NCBI GenBank assembly: GCA_963976865.1
Contig: CAXBLY010000001.1
Location: 671,224 to 735,223, forward strand
Reading direction: 5' to 3'
DNA: 64,000 nucleotides
DNA from: an uncultured Gammaproteobacteria bacterium
GTDB taxonomy: Bacteria; Pseudomonadota; Gammaproteobacteria; UBA4575
Part shown: piece after piece, positions 37,254 through 47,334 of the stretch
Layout: each line of letters opens with the position of its first letter
How positions within the stretch are numbered: the stretch's first letter is position 1
The notes under the pieces: model-generated
Databases searched by the model: none
What the model was told of the DNA's origin: nothing
What the model saw: only the letters and a program-made list of their open reading frames with translations
Translations under genes and position numbers: made by a program

Positions 37254-38030
37254 TTAAAGCCAGTGTTCACATTTTTTAACTAAATCAGTCTGGTTTCTGG
37301 CATTAAGGCGATTTCTGGCATTTCTAAACTGATTTTCAATCGTGCGAGTGGACTTGCTCAACTGGTCGGCAATCTGTTTGTAGGTCAGACCTTTTGCAGC
37401 AAGCCGGATCGCTATAAGTTCAGATTCAGAAGGCTTGGAAAACATATTATGTAACTTGGGATTGAACCAGTAGTTACTAATGCCAGCCAGCGGGCCAAGA
37501 AAATCAGAGCAAAATGTATGCATGAACCTGATTTCCTGATCGCTCCAGACATGTGAGTCGACGGTATAGTCGATACAGGCAATACCAATAGGTTCCCCTT
37601 CCCAGTCGAGTTTTTGTAACAGCATTGATCTGCAGGCAGCATCCAGAAAAACATCCTTGAGTTCTTTCAGCGTGTCATCTGCTGCTACATCGTTAATAAC
37701 AACGGGAGAAGATGACTGCCAAATAGCCTGCATGGCAGCATGTCGATTGGGTAACAGTAAACCTGTAATGGAAGGTGGAGATGTTGCTGAATTCCGAAAT
37801 TCAGTAATAGGTGTGTAGTGTTTATGTGAGGGAGTCGCAAAGCCTGCGTCTGCGCGGCAGACATTGAGTTCGTTCACCAAATATTCCAGTCCAACCTGTA
37901 CTAGTTGCTTGGGATCTTCTATGACGATAATCATGTGTGCAGCACAATTGAGCATGCGATTACCGCATTCTTTATTTGAATCGAGGTATTCTTTTCTTAA
38001 AGACTGAATTGATGGCAGTTGATCTTTCAA
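37254..38030 (-). CDS. GAF domain plus LuxR-type HTH regulator
   Basis: PVVINDV...PIGIAC...WSDQE; C-terminal GLTYKQIADQL.KS.RTIE. Confidence 0.82.
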   Translation of the reverse strand: MKDQLPSIQSLRKEYLDSNKECGNRMLNCAAHMIIVIEDPKQLVQVGLEYLVNELNVCRADAGFATPSHKHYTPITEFRNSATSPPSITGLLLPNRHAAMQAIWQSSSPVVINDVAADDTLKELKDVFLDAACRSMLLQKLDWEGEPIGIACIDYTVDSHVWSDQEIRFMHTFCSDFLGPLAGISNYWFNPKLHNMFSKPSESELIAIRLAAKGLTYKQIADQLSKSTRTIENQFRNARNRLNARNQTDLVKKCEHWL

Positions 38031-38141
38031 GAAGGCTATCGTGTTGTAGTCTGAATTTCTGTTCTAGGGGTTATTTGCCATATACGAGATATGAGCACTA
38101 ACATATTATCGCTATCTGGTTTATACATGAAAGGAATAATA

Positions 38142-38492
38142 ATGGGAATGAAACATTTTGATAAAGCGCAATCGAAGGATATTAATTCACTCGGTATTGA
38201 AGGCATAAATGCATATTTACAGGATACAGTGTCATCCAGTAACGATGCCGCGCCAATATCTGGAGGGTTCTTCAGAATGGAGGCAGGCAATCCACTTGAG
38301 TACACTTACTCTTATGATGAATGCAAGATCATGCTGGAAGGTGAAATGACAATTACCGAGAGCAATGGAGAAACGGTAAATCTAAAGCCAGGTGATGTTG
38401 TTTATTTTGATAGTGGAACCACTGTTACATTTACTTCGCAATCTTCAGGAACCGCATTTTATGTCGGACAGCGAAAATTTGGTGTGTTGTAG
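38142..38492 (+). CDS. Cupin (EutQ-like) protein
   Basis: YTYSYDECKIMLEGE, LKPGDVVYF; start uncertain. Confidence 0.8.
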   Translation: MGMKHFDKAQSKDINSLGIEGINAYLQDTVSSSNDAAPISGGFFRMEAGNPLEYTYSYDECKIMLEGEMTITESNGETVNLKPGDVVYFDSGTTVTFTSQSSGTAFYVGQRKFGVL

Positions 38493-38592
38493 AATCCAGA
38501 TATTACTTGATCTGAATTGTGTTGTACTGAACATGCTTTAGTAGATTTACTATAGATTTGTGATTAATTAAATTATTACTGTACTCATCTGG

Positions 38593-39285
38593 TTATTCTG
38601 CGGCGAATTCGTTTAAGCGTTTTTCAAAAGTGGATTTCCAGCTACTTGATAATTGCCTGCATTCCAGAATGGATGCAATATCTTTTTTAATCTGTCCAGG
38701 CTGATACATAAGCTGATTTGCACGTGCGATGCTCCATGCTGGGTTATCTCTTTGAGTTAATACAATTGGGTCGGTCGCCTGTACGTGGCCTTCCTGTAGA
38801 ACACGAAAATACCAGCCAGTTCTGCTTGTCTGTTGCACCCAAAAAGGAAGTTTGGCCTGATTGAATTTACGGGCTAACTTCCAGCACGGTTGGCGCGGTT
38901 GAGACACTTCAACAATGCAAGAACCAATTTTATAAATATCACCAATACAGACATCTTTTTCCAGTAACCCTGATACGGTGAAATTTTCACCGAATGAACC
39001 ATTGCAGGGCACAGGTAAATTAATTCGTTTGCGTAACAGGAAGCGGGCACGCTGATTCCAGTAAGTATAATGTTCAATGGGATAGACGTTAACGGCTTTA
39101 TCCAGTCCGCCATGTACAGTCAAATCAGCCTGTTGGTCGCCAGCAAGATTATACTTACTGAGAAAAACCGGACCCTGGACAGGAGATTTATAGATAGATG
39201 TTGTCCAGTCGGCTGCGATGGTTTTAGGTTTTCCTACTTGAATGCTTTCAATATGCATGATGCAATCATAACTGTTTAAATTCAC
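38593..39285 (-). CDS. MOSC domain protein (YiiM-like)
   Basis: GDQQAD..HGG.DKA, FGEN, SQPRQPCWK, TGWY.RV. Confidence 0.92.
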   Translation of the reverse strand: MNLNSYDCIMHIESIQVGKPKTIAADWTTSIYKSPVQGPVFLSKYNLAGDQQADLTVHGGLDKAVNVYPIEHYTYWNQRARFLLRKRINLPVPCNGSFGENFTVSGLLEKDVCIGDIYKIGSCIVEVSQPRQPCWKLARKFNQAKLPFWVQQTSRTGWYFRVLQEGHVQATDPIVLTQRDNPAWSIARANQLMYQPGQIKKDIASILECRQLSSSWKSTFEKRLNEFAAE

Positions 39286-39331
39286 ATAATAGTGAAATTA
39301 ATTGGGATACAACAGATTAGGGAATTGATGT

Positions 39332-40120
39332 ATGAGCTGGTGGGGTAAAATTGCAGGTGGTGGTATTGGTCTGGTACTGGGCGGTCCACTGGGAGGCATG
39401 CTTGGTGCTGTGCTCGGACATCAGGTGGATAAAGCGAAAAAAAATAAAGTGGGTATCGAGGGGAGCTCGCAAGAAACAGCACAGGCCGCATTCTTCACAG
39501 CAACATTTTCTGTCATGGGGCATATTGCTAAAGCTGATGGTCAAGTAACCCGGCAGGAAATTCAGGCGGCCGAACAGGTTTTTGAACATATGAATTTTCA
39601 GCAGGCTCAACGCGAGGCTGCAATTGAGCTGTTCAATAAAGGCAAACAAAGCGATTTTGATCTTGATGAGGTGTTAATTCAGTTCAAAAAAGAATGTGGA
39701 CGAAAGATTACGTTGATTCAGATGTTTATGCAGATTCAATTGCAGGCCGCCTACGCTGATGGAAGCAAGCACCCGGCAGAAGACAAAATATTAAAAGATA
39801 TTTGCAAGGTGCTGGGGTATCCCGTGTCTATGTTGAGTCAGCTGGAAGCCATGCTCTACACTCAGCAGAAAAGCTATTCAAACAATCCAAATCAACCGCC
39901 CAATCGCTCACAGATTTCTAATGCATATTCAGCGCTAGGGTTAAAGGAGGATGCGAGTAATGAAGAAGTTAAAAAAGCCTATCGGCGCCTAATGAGTCAG
40001 CATCACCCTGATAAATTGATATCCAAGGGATTGCCTGAAGAAATGATACAAGTTGCAACAGATAAATCGAAGCAAATTCAAAAAGCGTATGAAATTATTA
40101 AAAGTGCCAGAAATAATTAA
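39332..40120 (+). CDS. djlA: Co-chaperone DjlA
   Basis: N-terminal TM, AKADG (TerB-like), C-terminal J domain HHPDKL. Confidence 0.92.
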   Translation: MSWWGKIAGGGIGLVLGGPLGGMLGAVLGHQVDKAKKNKVGIEGSSQETAQAAFFTATFSVMGHIAKADGQVTRQEIQAAEQVFEHMNFQQAQREAAIELFNKGKQSDFDLDEVLIQFKKECGRKITLIQMFMQIQLQAAYADGSKHPAEDKILKDICKVLGYPVSMLSQLEAMLYTQQKSYSNNPNQPPNRSQISNAYSALGLKEDASNEEVKKAYRRLMSQHHPDKLISKGLPEEMIQVATDKSKQIQKAYEIIKSARNN

Positions 40121-40137
40121 ATGCTGATTCTGCTGAA

Positions 40138-40404
40138 TTAATGTAGCGCTACCTGGAGTTCTTGCTGGCTGAATTCTGGAATTGGATTATTTTGTATTAA
40201 CTCAAGTACTAACTGCAATGCAAAATCCATTTGTTCCAGATCGACACGATCTGCCTCCTGGCATTGCGCAAGAGAGGCTTCATAGGATACTTGAGAAACA
40301 ACAGACAAAGCATAGTCCCGTTCACGTTTACTGGAGCAGGTCTCGAAGTTGTGTATAGCACTGAATACGCGATTGGTTAACTCTCGATACTCTTCAATAT
40401 TCAT
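40138..40404 (-). CDS. Hypothetical protein
   Basis: 88-aa ORF with a GGGAGG RBS. Confidence 0.65.
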   Translation of the reverse strand: MNIEEYRELTNRVFSAIHNFETCSSKRERDYALSVVSQVSYEASLAQCQEADRVDLEQMDFALQLVLELIQNNPIPEFSQQELQVALH

Positions 40405-40546
40405 GTGGACCTCCCTGTTTTCTCATACATGAGGACCAGACTAATAGTTAGTAAAATAAGTTTCAATTACATGTAGCCTGGCTTTACTACCGTCTAGAAC
40501 ATAAATCTATCTGAGTGTTAACTGGCGCACACTTACAGACACAAAA

Positions 40547-40582
40547 TCACCTGGCTTATCGGGAATTGAATAAGTCAGGTGA
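40547..40582. terminator. Stem-loop downstream of the 40598 gene
   Basis: TCACCTGGCTTAT-N10-ATAAGTCAGGTGA. Confidence 0.45.
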
Positions 40583-40597
40583 CTGGAAAGATTACGA

Positions 40598-41131
40598 CTA
40601 GTTGTGTTCGAGAGTGCTGAATGGATTTAAGAAATGACTATCTTTGGCGGCCAGCTTCACGCCTGGGAATTTGTGACTCATGATGTATTGAATACGCGGC
40701 TCATTTTTCCTCGTTGTGTAAATGAGGATCAGGTATTTTCCGTCAGCTATATCCTGGTCAAATTCGGCTAATTTTCTGTTTTTACTGGCAATCCCAGCGA
40801 GTCCACCTTCCCAGAGTCCAAATAGCGTCATTAAACCAATCAGGAAGGCATAAACAACGTAAGGCAAATTACCACCAAACGGTTGCAGGTAAGCGAACAC
40901 AGCAGCAATAAAGGCACCAATGATAAAGCCCAATATAGCGCCAATAACGCCATCGCGAAGCAGATCCAGTGTTTCCAGATAATTACTTGAATGCAGGTGT
41001 TTTTTTTGAAGACCTGATTCGTCTTTAGAGACAATGTGAATGAACCAGTCCTGAACACCGGCCTGATGTAGTTCATCAGCAATATTTTCAGTGCTGCCGA
41101 GTGTAGACGCCAAATAGTATATTGTTTTCAT
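40598..41131 (-). CDS. Hypothetical two-TM membrane protein
   Basis: 177 aa, Gly-rich TM hairpin, GKYLILI; GGAGG RBS. Confidence 0.75.
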   Translation of the reverse strand: MKTIYYLASTLGSTENIADELHQAGVQDWFIHIVSKDESGLQKKHLHSSNYLETLDLLRDGVIGAILGFIIGAFIAAVFAYLQPFGGNLPYVVYAFLIGLMTLFGLWEGGLAGIASKNRKLAEFDQDIADGKYLILIYTTRKNEPRIQYIMSHKFPGVKLAAKDSHFLNPFSTLEHN

Positions 41132-41391
41132 TGTTGTCCTCCTAATCAGCTACATAGTTATTGACTATGCTTGTTTGAATTTTAATTCATTCCAGTGAAT
41201 AGATATTTTGTACTCTTTTGCGATGGGTATATCAAGACGCATTAAGACTCTGCAAATGCAATGCATAAATCATGCAGTTGTCACTAATTTATTGATCCTG
41301 GTTGCGATATGCAAACGGGTAGCCAGTGAAATAATTAATATTAATAAGTACTGTTTATGTGTATTAATAATTATTTAAATGAAGACATGGT

Positions 41392-41787
41392 TTATTCGGT
41401 ATTTGAGCCTGTCAGGCTGGTTGGCTCTGGTGTTCTCCATAACATAACTGTGAGAAATACACCGAGAAGGAAGATCGCAATACGTAACCAGAATATTTTC
41501 AATAGAAAGATAGAAATGGCAAGTGTGCTCCAGATAAAAATGATGGCTTTAACCTTTACATGTCTGGGGATACATCTGTCACCTTGATAGCTTTTAATTA
41601 AGGGACCAAAAAAAGAGTGTTCAAGTAGCCATTGATGAAATTCTGGTGATGATCTGGCAAAACACCCGGCTGCCAATAGAATAAAAGGGGTAGTTGGAAG
41701 TAATGGCAATACGATGCCAATAACACCAAGAATGATGAAAAACCACCCAGAGCAAATCAGGAAATATTTTTTAGCTTTATTTTGCAT
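41392..41787 (-). CDS. YbaN/DUF454 family membrane protein
   Basis: GIVLPLLPTTPF.LLA..CF.RSS, WLL.H..FGP; start uncertain. Confidence 0.88.
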   Translation of the reverse strand: MQNKAKKYFLICSGWFFIILGVIGIVLPLLPTTPFILLAAGCFARSSPEFHQWLLEHSFFGPLIKSYQGDRCIPRHVKVKAIIFIWSTLAISIFLLKIFWLRIAIFLLGVFLTVMLWRTPEPTSLTGSNTE

Positions 41788-42154
41788 TAGTGGTGTTTCT
41801 GGAGTGCCATCCCGTCCTGGTGGGTCCTGGTAGTTAAATCCCATCATAGCTTTTTTTAACTGCAGCTTATTTGTCAGGTCCCAAATCAGTCCGATTGCGG
41901 CAAAAAGAAGATTTTATCCATTTATTTCAGAGGGTTAATTGGCAAAGTGTTAACTTCGTCAAATAATTTACTATTACTGTTCAATACGTCGTTAAATTGA
42001 CGCTTTTAAGCCGAATCTGGCTGCTACGTACCCATTGTTATCTCTAAGCTTACTGCGTGGAACTATATCCTATACCGGGGTATTTCCATAACTTATTGAA
42101 TAACAAGAATATTATACGGAAAGACGGTTTTCTGTCACATAAAGACTGAGAATC

Positions 42155-44602
42155 GTGCAACCAGGGAGCAGGCGTCGTTTGGACACTAGTCTAAAAATTA
42201 GATCAGAGATGGAATCAAGTGTGTCTAGAGCTTTTAGACAATGGATCACTCTGGGCGCCCTGTTTTTTATGTCTTTAAACAGTCAGGCCGAAGTGGCGGC
42301 TCAGCTTGACTGGGATACATTGACCTGGCCGGCAGGATCAACAAGCCAGACATACACAATTGGATCAGGTGATGTATCGATTACATTCAACGGTACGAGT
42401 GATACCCCACCTGGAGATACCGGAGCATTAAGCACTAATGACAATGGTATAGATTCACCTTCAATCGATAACACTAAAACCGGTGGACTGTCACCCGTTG
42501 AAGATTCACTTGATATCTATGTGAATTACTCAACAACTCCTTCAGGGTTACAGGAAATTCCCATATTGATTGACTTTTCACATCCGGGAGGTGTGAGCAA
42601 TGTCAGTTTTAGTATTTTTGATGTAGATCGAGACCTTAGTGCAAACGGGTTTGTCGACTATGTTGAGGTAACCGCAACTACTGATGGTATTAATTATTTT
42701 AATCCAACAAGCATAACAGATAGTTCAGCAAACAGTTCTGATGGCACGAAAACAGTTACTGGAACGAATGCATCTAATGATAGTGCAAATGGAACAGCAA
42801 CTTTTGCATTTAGTCACAGTGGTATCACGCAGATAAAAGTCGTTTACGGCAATATCACAACAGCCTATCAGGCTGCTTCTATTCACGATATAAATTTCAG
42901 TTATCTGGCGCCGGATTTAGCAATAACAAAAACACATTCGGGAGTGTTCAATCAGGACGATATTGAATCATATGTAATCAGCGTCAGTAATAGTGCAACG
43001 GCGATTGATGAACCCGGTGCAATTACTGTGACAGATACTTTGCCTGCAGGATTGAGCTATGACTTGGCATCCGGTGCAGGCTGGTCATGCGGCGCGTCGG
43101 GACAAAATGTGACATGCACGCATGCCGGCCCATTGGCTGCAGGTGATTCTTTACCGGATATTACACTTGATGTTTTGGTATCCGCTGCTGCCGTGCCATC
43201 AGTAATTAATACGGCCAGTGTGGCGGGTACATTGCCGGATGCAAATGAGTCAGATAATTCAGACACCGACACTGCAACGGTAACAGGTACATCAGGAATA
43301 ATAGCTGGTAATAAGCCTTTGTATCTATATTCAGATCCAGGTCTGGATTTGTCGAGAACACCACCGTCTACGTCACAGTCAAGCGTAAGAATCAGGAAAA
43401 ATGTAGAAGTCTCAAGGTCATGGGTAATCACTCCTCAAACACAGGCGCCATTAGTGATAGACGGGGATGTAGCAGAGATACCTGTTGAATTAATACTGGA
43501 AAGATGTAACGGCACATGTTCCAGCAGGACGCGCAGTGTTGAAGTGACTTTATCAACATCACTAGGCGTTATCGGAACAGTCACGCGAAACTTAAGCTTA
43601 AACGGTAACCCAACAGCTTATACATTTTTGGTGCCGATAAGTGCAGATATAGCCTTGCCAGCATCATCGACAATAACGCTGACGGTAAGCAATGTAAGTT
43701 CTGGTGGAGGAGGCAGACAGATATTTGTGTTGCCTGAGAATGGCGGAGACAACTCGCGTGTCGAACTAACATCTGAAACAGTCATAAATATAGAATCCGT
43801 AAAGTTTTATGATGCGGCATACCCTGCGGGAAATGAAGTTACGTCATACATGCCTGGTGATACGGCATATATACGAGCAGAAGTGAGTGATCCGTTTGGC
43901 AGCTTTGATATTAGCAGTGCATTAATAAGCATTATTGATGCGCAAGGTAATAATGTCGTTACTAATGATGGTATGACAGAAATACCTGGGGCTAGCGGTG
44001 CATTAAAGTCATTTGAATATTCTTATTTAATTCCAGCTGCATCTTCAGGAGTCTGGGACGCAGTCATTATTGCAAATGAAGGCAGCGAAGGAATAGTTAG
44101 CGATAGTGAAATTGCATCGATCAACGTGGGTGGAACACCCGATTTAGTTTTCCTGAAAACGTCACAAGTGATAAGTGACGGTACAGGTGCGACAGCACCA
44201 ATAGCCAAAGCGATTCCAGGCGCTACAGTATTATACAGGCTGTCAATTACAAATCAGGGCGATGGTGCAACAGATGCGGGTCTGATGTTGGTCGACCCTA
44301 TTCCTGCAAGTACTAGCTTGTGTGTTTCAGATCCCTGTGCGCAGGGAGCAGACCCGATTCAATTTATTGATGCACCAGCAGGGACCAGTACAAGTGGATT
44401 GGTATTTGATTATGCAAGTGATGTTGAATTCTCTAAAAGCAGTGGGCCTGCATATATTTATGGAGCAACGTTAACACCAGATGCAGATGGTTACGATCAG
44501 GGTGTAACTAGTATCAGGGTAAGCCCAGACGGACAATTCAATCCTGCAAGTGGATCGACGCCGGCAGGGTTTGAAATCTTATTCAGAGTGCAGGTGAAAT
44601 GA
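42155..44602 (+). CDS. Secreted DUF11-domain protein (putative filament tip/adhesin)
   Basis: Signal peptide (start probably 42209 or later); one complete internal DUF11 and a truncated C-terminal DUF11. Confidence 0.82.
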   Translation: MQPGSRRRLDTSLKIRSEMESSVSRAFRQWITLGALFFMSLNSQAEVAAQLDWDTLTWPAGSTSQTYTIGSGDVSITFNGTSDTPPGDTGALSTNDNGIDSPSIDNTKTGGLSPVEDSLDIYVNYSTTPSGLQEIPILIDFSHPGGVSNVSFSIFDVDRDLSANGFVDYVEVTATTDGINYFNPTSITDSSANSSDGTKTVTGTNASNDSANGTATFAFSHSGITQIKVVYGNITTAYQAASIHDINFSYLAPDLAITKTHSGVFNQDDIESYVISVSNSATAIDEPGAITVTDTLPAGLSYDLASGAGWSCGASGQNVTCTHAGPLAAGDSLPDITLDVLVSAAAVPSVINTASVAGTLPDANESDNSDTDTATVTGTSGIIAGNKPLYLYSDPGLDLSRTPPSTSQSSVRIRKNVEVSRSWVITPQTQAPLVIDGDVAEIPVELILERCNGTCSSRTRSVEVTLSTSLGVIGTVTRNLSLNGNPTAYTFLVPISADIALPASSTITLTVSNVSSGGGGRQIFVLPENGGDNSRVELTSETVINIESVKFYDAAYPAGNEVTSYMPGDTAYIRAEVSDPFGSFDISSALISIIDAQGNNVVTNDGMTEIPGASGALKSFEYSYLIPAASSGVWDAVIIANEGSEGIVSDSEIASINVGGTPDLVFLKTSQVISDGTGATAPIAKAIPGATVLYRLSITNQGDGATDAGLMLVDPIPASTSLCVSDPCAQGADPIQFIDAPAGTSTSGLVFDYASDVEFSKSSGPAYIYGATLTPDADGYDQGVTSIRVSPDGQFNPASGSTPAGFEILFRVQVK

Positions 44603-45612
44603 TGAAGCTGAGTGCTAGCATTATTTCACTGTTAATAACGTTGATCTTTTCGGCGACAGCCAATGCTGTAGGTGTTGCAGCAGGCACATCTATAGCAAAT
44701 ACCGCCACAGTTGATTTCACAATAGGTGGCACGGCGGGAGTAGCGACAGACACTGATATTTTTCAGGTACAGGAAATTATAAACGTAGATGTCGCATGGC
44801 AAGATGCTGCAAATGTAATGGTATCGCCGGGTGCTTCGCAACAGGTTTTAACATTTATTGTCACCAATACGGGAAATGGTGTTGAAGCATTTTCGCTACA
44901 GATAGATAACACCGTCATAGTGACAGATGATTTTGATCCTGTTAACGGGCTTATCTATTTGGATGGGAATGGTAACGGTGTGTTTGATGGAGCGCCAATA
45001 GATCCCGTATACACGGCGGGTTCAAATGACCCTGTGCTTAATGCCAATGGTATAGACACACAAATAATATTTCTGGTTAGTGATATCCCTGCTGGTGGAA
45101 CAGCAGGTCAGACAGGTGAAAGCGAGTTAACCGTGGATGCGCTAACACCAGGGGCATCGGGTGCCGCAGCAGGTACAAATCTTGATGGTGCCGGTGATGG
45201 TGGTATCGATGCAGTTGTAGGTGTCAGTCAGGCAAATGATAGAACGACCGGCATATACGAAATAGATGTATCTCCAGTTGATGTTGGTATCGTCAAATCA
45301 TCCCAGGTAATCAGCAATGGTAATGGCTGTTCAGCTGCACCGTGCTCACCAGTGCCAGGTGCCACGATACGTTATTCGCTGCAAGTAAACATTTCAGGTG
45401 TAGGCACAGTAAACAGTCTCGTCATCACCGACCCGATTCCAAACAACACGACTTATCTTACAGAGAGTATCAGTCTGAATAATGCTTCTCTGACGGATAG
45501 TAGTGCTGATGCGGATGCAGGAAACTTTTCTGCAAATACGGTAACTGTCGACTTGGGAGATATCTCGAGTGCAGCTACTCATCTTATAACTTTCGATGTA
45601 ACCATAAACTAA
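44599..45612 (+). CDS. Secreted DUF11-type subunit
   Basis: Signal peptide; N-terminal GTSIANTATV; C-terminal VK...PGATIRY...ITDPIP...ITFDVTIN. Confidence 0.82.
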   Translation: MMKLSASIISLLITLIFSATANAVGVAAGTSIANTATVDFTIGGTAGVATDTDIFQVQEIINVDVAWQDAANVMVSPGASQQVLTFIVTNTGNGVEAFSLQIDNTVIVTDDFDPVNGLIYLDGNGNGVFDGAPIDPVYTAGSNDPVLNANGIDTQIIFLVSDIPAGGTAGQTGESELTVDALTPGASGAAAGTNLDGAGDGGIDAVVGVSQANDRTTGIYEIDVSPVDVGIVKSSQVISNGNGCSAAPCSPVPGATIRYSLQVNISGVGTVNSLVITDPIPNNTTYLTESISLNNASLTDSSADADAGNFSANTVTVDLGDISSAATHLITFDVTIN

Positions 45613-45625
45613 AAAGGAGAACAAA

Positions 45626-46129
45626 GTGAATAAATACTTCCTGACATTCACAAAAACACTCTGTGTGTTCTTAATGGCATCAGTCTATTCAATGGTCAAT
45701 GCCAATTCCTCCGACGCAATTGAAGTAAGTTCTATCGTTGAGCTGGAGATTGTTTCACTGGATAAGCAAGGTAATGAAATTATCAAGCGTATTCCTGCTG
45801 AAAAAGTAACTCCTGGTAGCGAAGTAATTTATACAACGCGTTTCAAACATAACGGTACTGAGCCAGCAGCGGATATTGTCATTTCGAATCCAATTCCTGA
45901 GCACACTACATATAAAGTAGGTAGTGCAAAAGGTGATGATGCAGAAATGTTTTATTCCATAGATGGCGGTAAATCGTTTCATCAGCCAGATCAACTTGTT
46001 GTAGTGGGTAAAGACGGTAGTACGCGTGTAGCCGAAGCAAAGGATTACACGGATATCCGCTGGATTTACAAAAGAGAGTTGCAACAAGGTGACGTGGGGA
46101 CGGTCGAGTTTCGAGTTGTTCTTAAATAA
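45626..46129 (+). CDS. Secreted single truncated DUF11-like protein
   Basis: Signal peptide; PGSEVIY, ISNPIP, YSIDGG, IRW, VEFRV. Confidence 0.82.
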   Translation: MNKYFLTFTKTLCVFLMASVYSMVNANSSDAIEVSSIVELEIVSLDKQGNEIIKRIPAEKVTPGSEVIYTTRFKHNGTEPAADIVISNPIPEHTTYKVGSAKGDDAEMFYSIDGGKSFHQPDQLVVVGKDGSTRVAEAKDYTDIRWIYKRELQQGDVGTVEFRVVLK

Positions 46130-46164
46130 TCGTATCCAAGAGTAAAGTACAAGGAGTACATAGT

Positions 46165-47274
46165 ATGGATAATATAAGCAATAGATATTTTGCAAGAATT
46201 GTGATGAGTTTAATGCTCATTGCAGGTTTTGTTTCACAGGTGCATGCAGTTGGTACACCAGCTGGAACACAAGTGGATAACCAGGCGACCCTGAATTACT
46301 CGGTTGGTGGAACAGCGCAAATCCCGGTGACTTCGGATGACCCAAATCAGGGTGGAGCAAATGATGCTACAAGTTTCATCGTCGATACCAAGGTTGATGT
46401 GACAGTGACCTGGCAGGACGGTGCAAACGTACAGGTAGCACCTGGACAGGATGGAGCAACTCCATTGCCAAATCCACCATCAGTGCTGGAATTTCTGGTA
46501 ACTAATGAAGGTAATGCTGATTTCCAGGATTTCGCATTAAGTTCTGCAAATGTTGGTGGAGATGATTTTGACCCAAGTGCAGTGCAGATTTATGTTGATG
46601 ATGGTGACGGTGTTTATAACTCAGCGCTAGATACAGCAACATTTATTGATGAATTGAGTTCTGATTCAACGGGTGGTGCGAATGAAATAACAGTATTTGT
46701 TGTTGGTTCAATTCCATCATCACAGACAAATGGTCAGACATCAAATATCGCGTTAATTGCGACTGCGCATGAAGCCTCGGGTTCAACAGGTTCACTGGGT
46801 GCGTTAACAGTAGCGGATACACTCGATAATGATATTGCATTTGGTGCAGGTGCAAATCAAATAGTGTTTGCAGACGCAGCAGGTACGGCAGCGACAGATC
46901 TGGTCACTGACGGTGAGCACTCTGCAACGGGTACTTATGTCATTGCGGCAACATCAGTGGCTGTACGCAAGTCATCTACTGTGACGGATGATGGTCTTGG
47001 CAATACTTCTGCAACTGCAAAAGCAATCCCGGGTGCAACTGTCACTTACTCAATTGAGATTGAGAATTCGGGTGCAACTGGTGCAACTGCGATAACGTTA
47101 ACTGATCCAATCGATGTGAGTAATTTGTCATACAACAACCCTAGCGTGTCATTTGATGCGGGTTGTGGTGGTGCGACCAGTGAAAGTTTTAGTAGTCCAA
47201 ATCTTACGGTCAATGTGGGATCGATAGCAGCTGGTACTACATGCACGGTTACGTTTGACGTGACTATTCTTTAG
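46165..47274 (+). CDS. Secreted DUF11-type subunit (putative major subunit)
   Basis: Signal peptide; GTPAGTQVDNQATL; C-terminal RK...AIPGATVTY...LTDPI...VTFDVTIL; paralog of 44599. Confidence 0.82.
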   Translation: MDNISNRYFARIVMSLMLIAGFVSQVHAVGTPAGTQVDNQATLNYSVGGTAQIPVTSDDPNQGGANDATSFIVDTKVDVTVTWQDGANVQVAPGQDGATPLPNPPSVLEFLVTNEGNADFQDFALSSANVGGDDFDPSAVQIYVDDGDGVYNSALDTATFIDELSSDSTGGANEITVFVVGSIPSSQTNGQTSNIALIATAHEASGSTGSLGALTVADTLDNDIAFGAGANQIVFADAAGTAATDLVTDGEHSATGTYVIAATSVAVRKSSTVTDDGLGNTSATAKAIPGATVTYSIEIENSGATGATAITLTDPIDVSNLSYNNPSVSFDAGCGGATSESFSSPNLTVNVGSIAAGTTCTVTFDVTIL

Positions 47275-47300
47275 TTACTCAATGTAATTTGTCAGGAAGC

Positions 47301-47327
47301 GCACGCGAACAGATAATGTTCGCGTGC
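47301..47327 (+). other. Intergenic 11-bp stem-loop inside the DUF11 operon
   Basis: GCACGCGAACA-GATAA-TGTTCGCGTGC; no U tract. Confidence 0.6.
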
Positions 47328-47334
47328 AATACTG

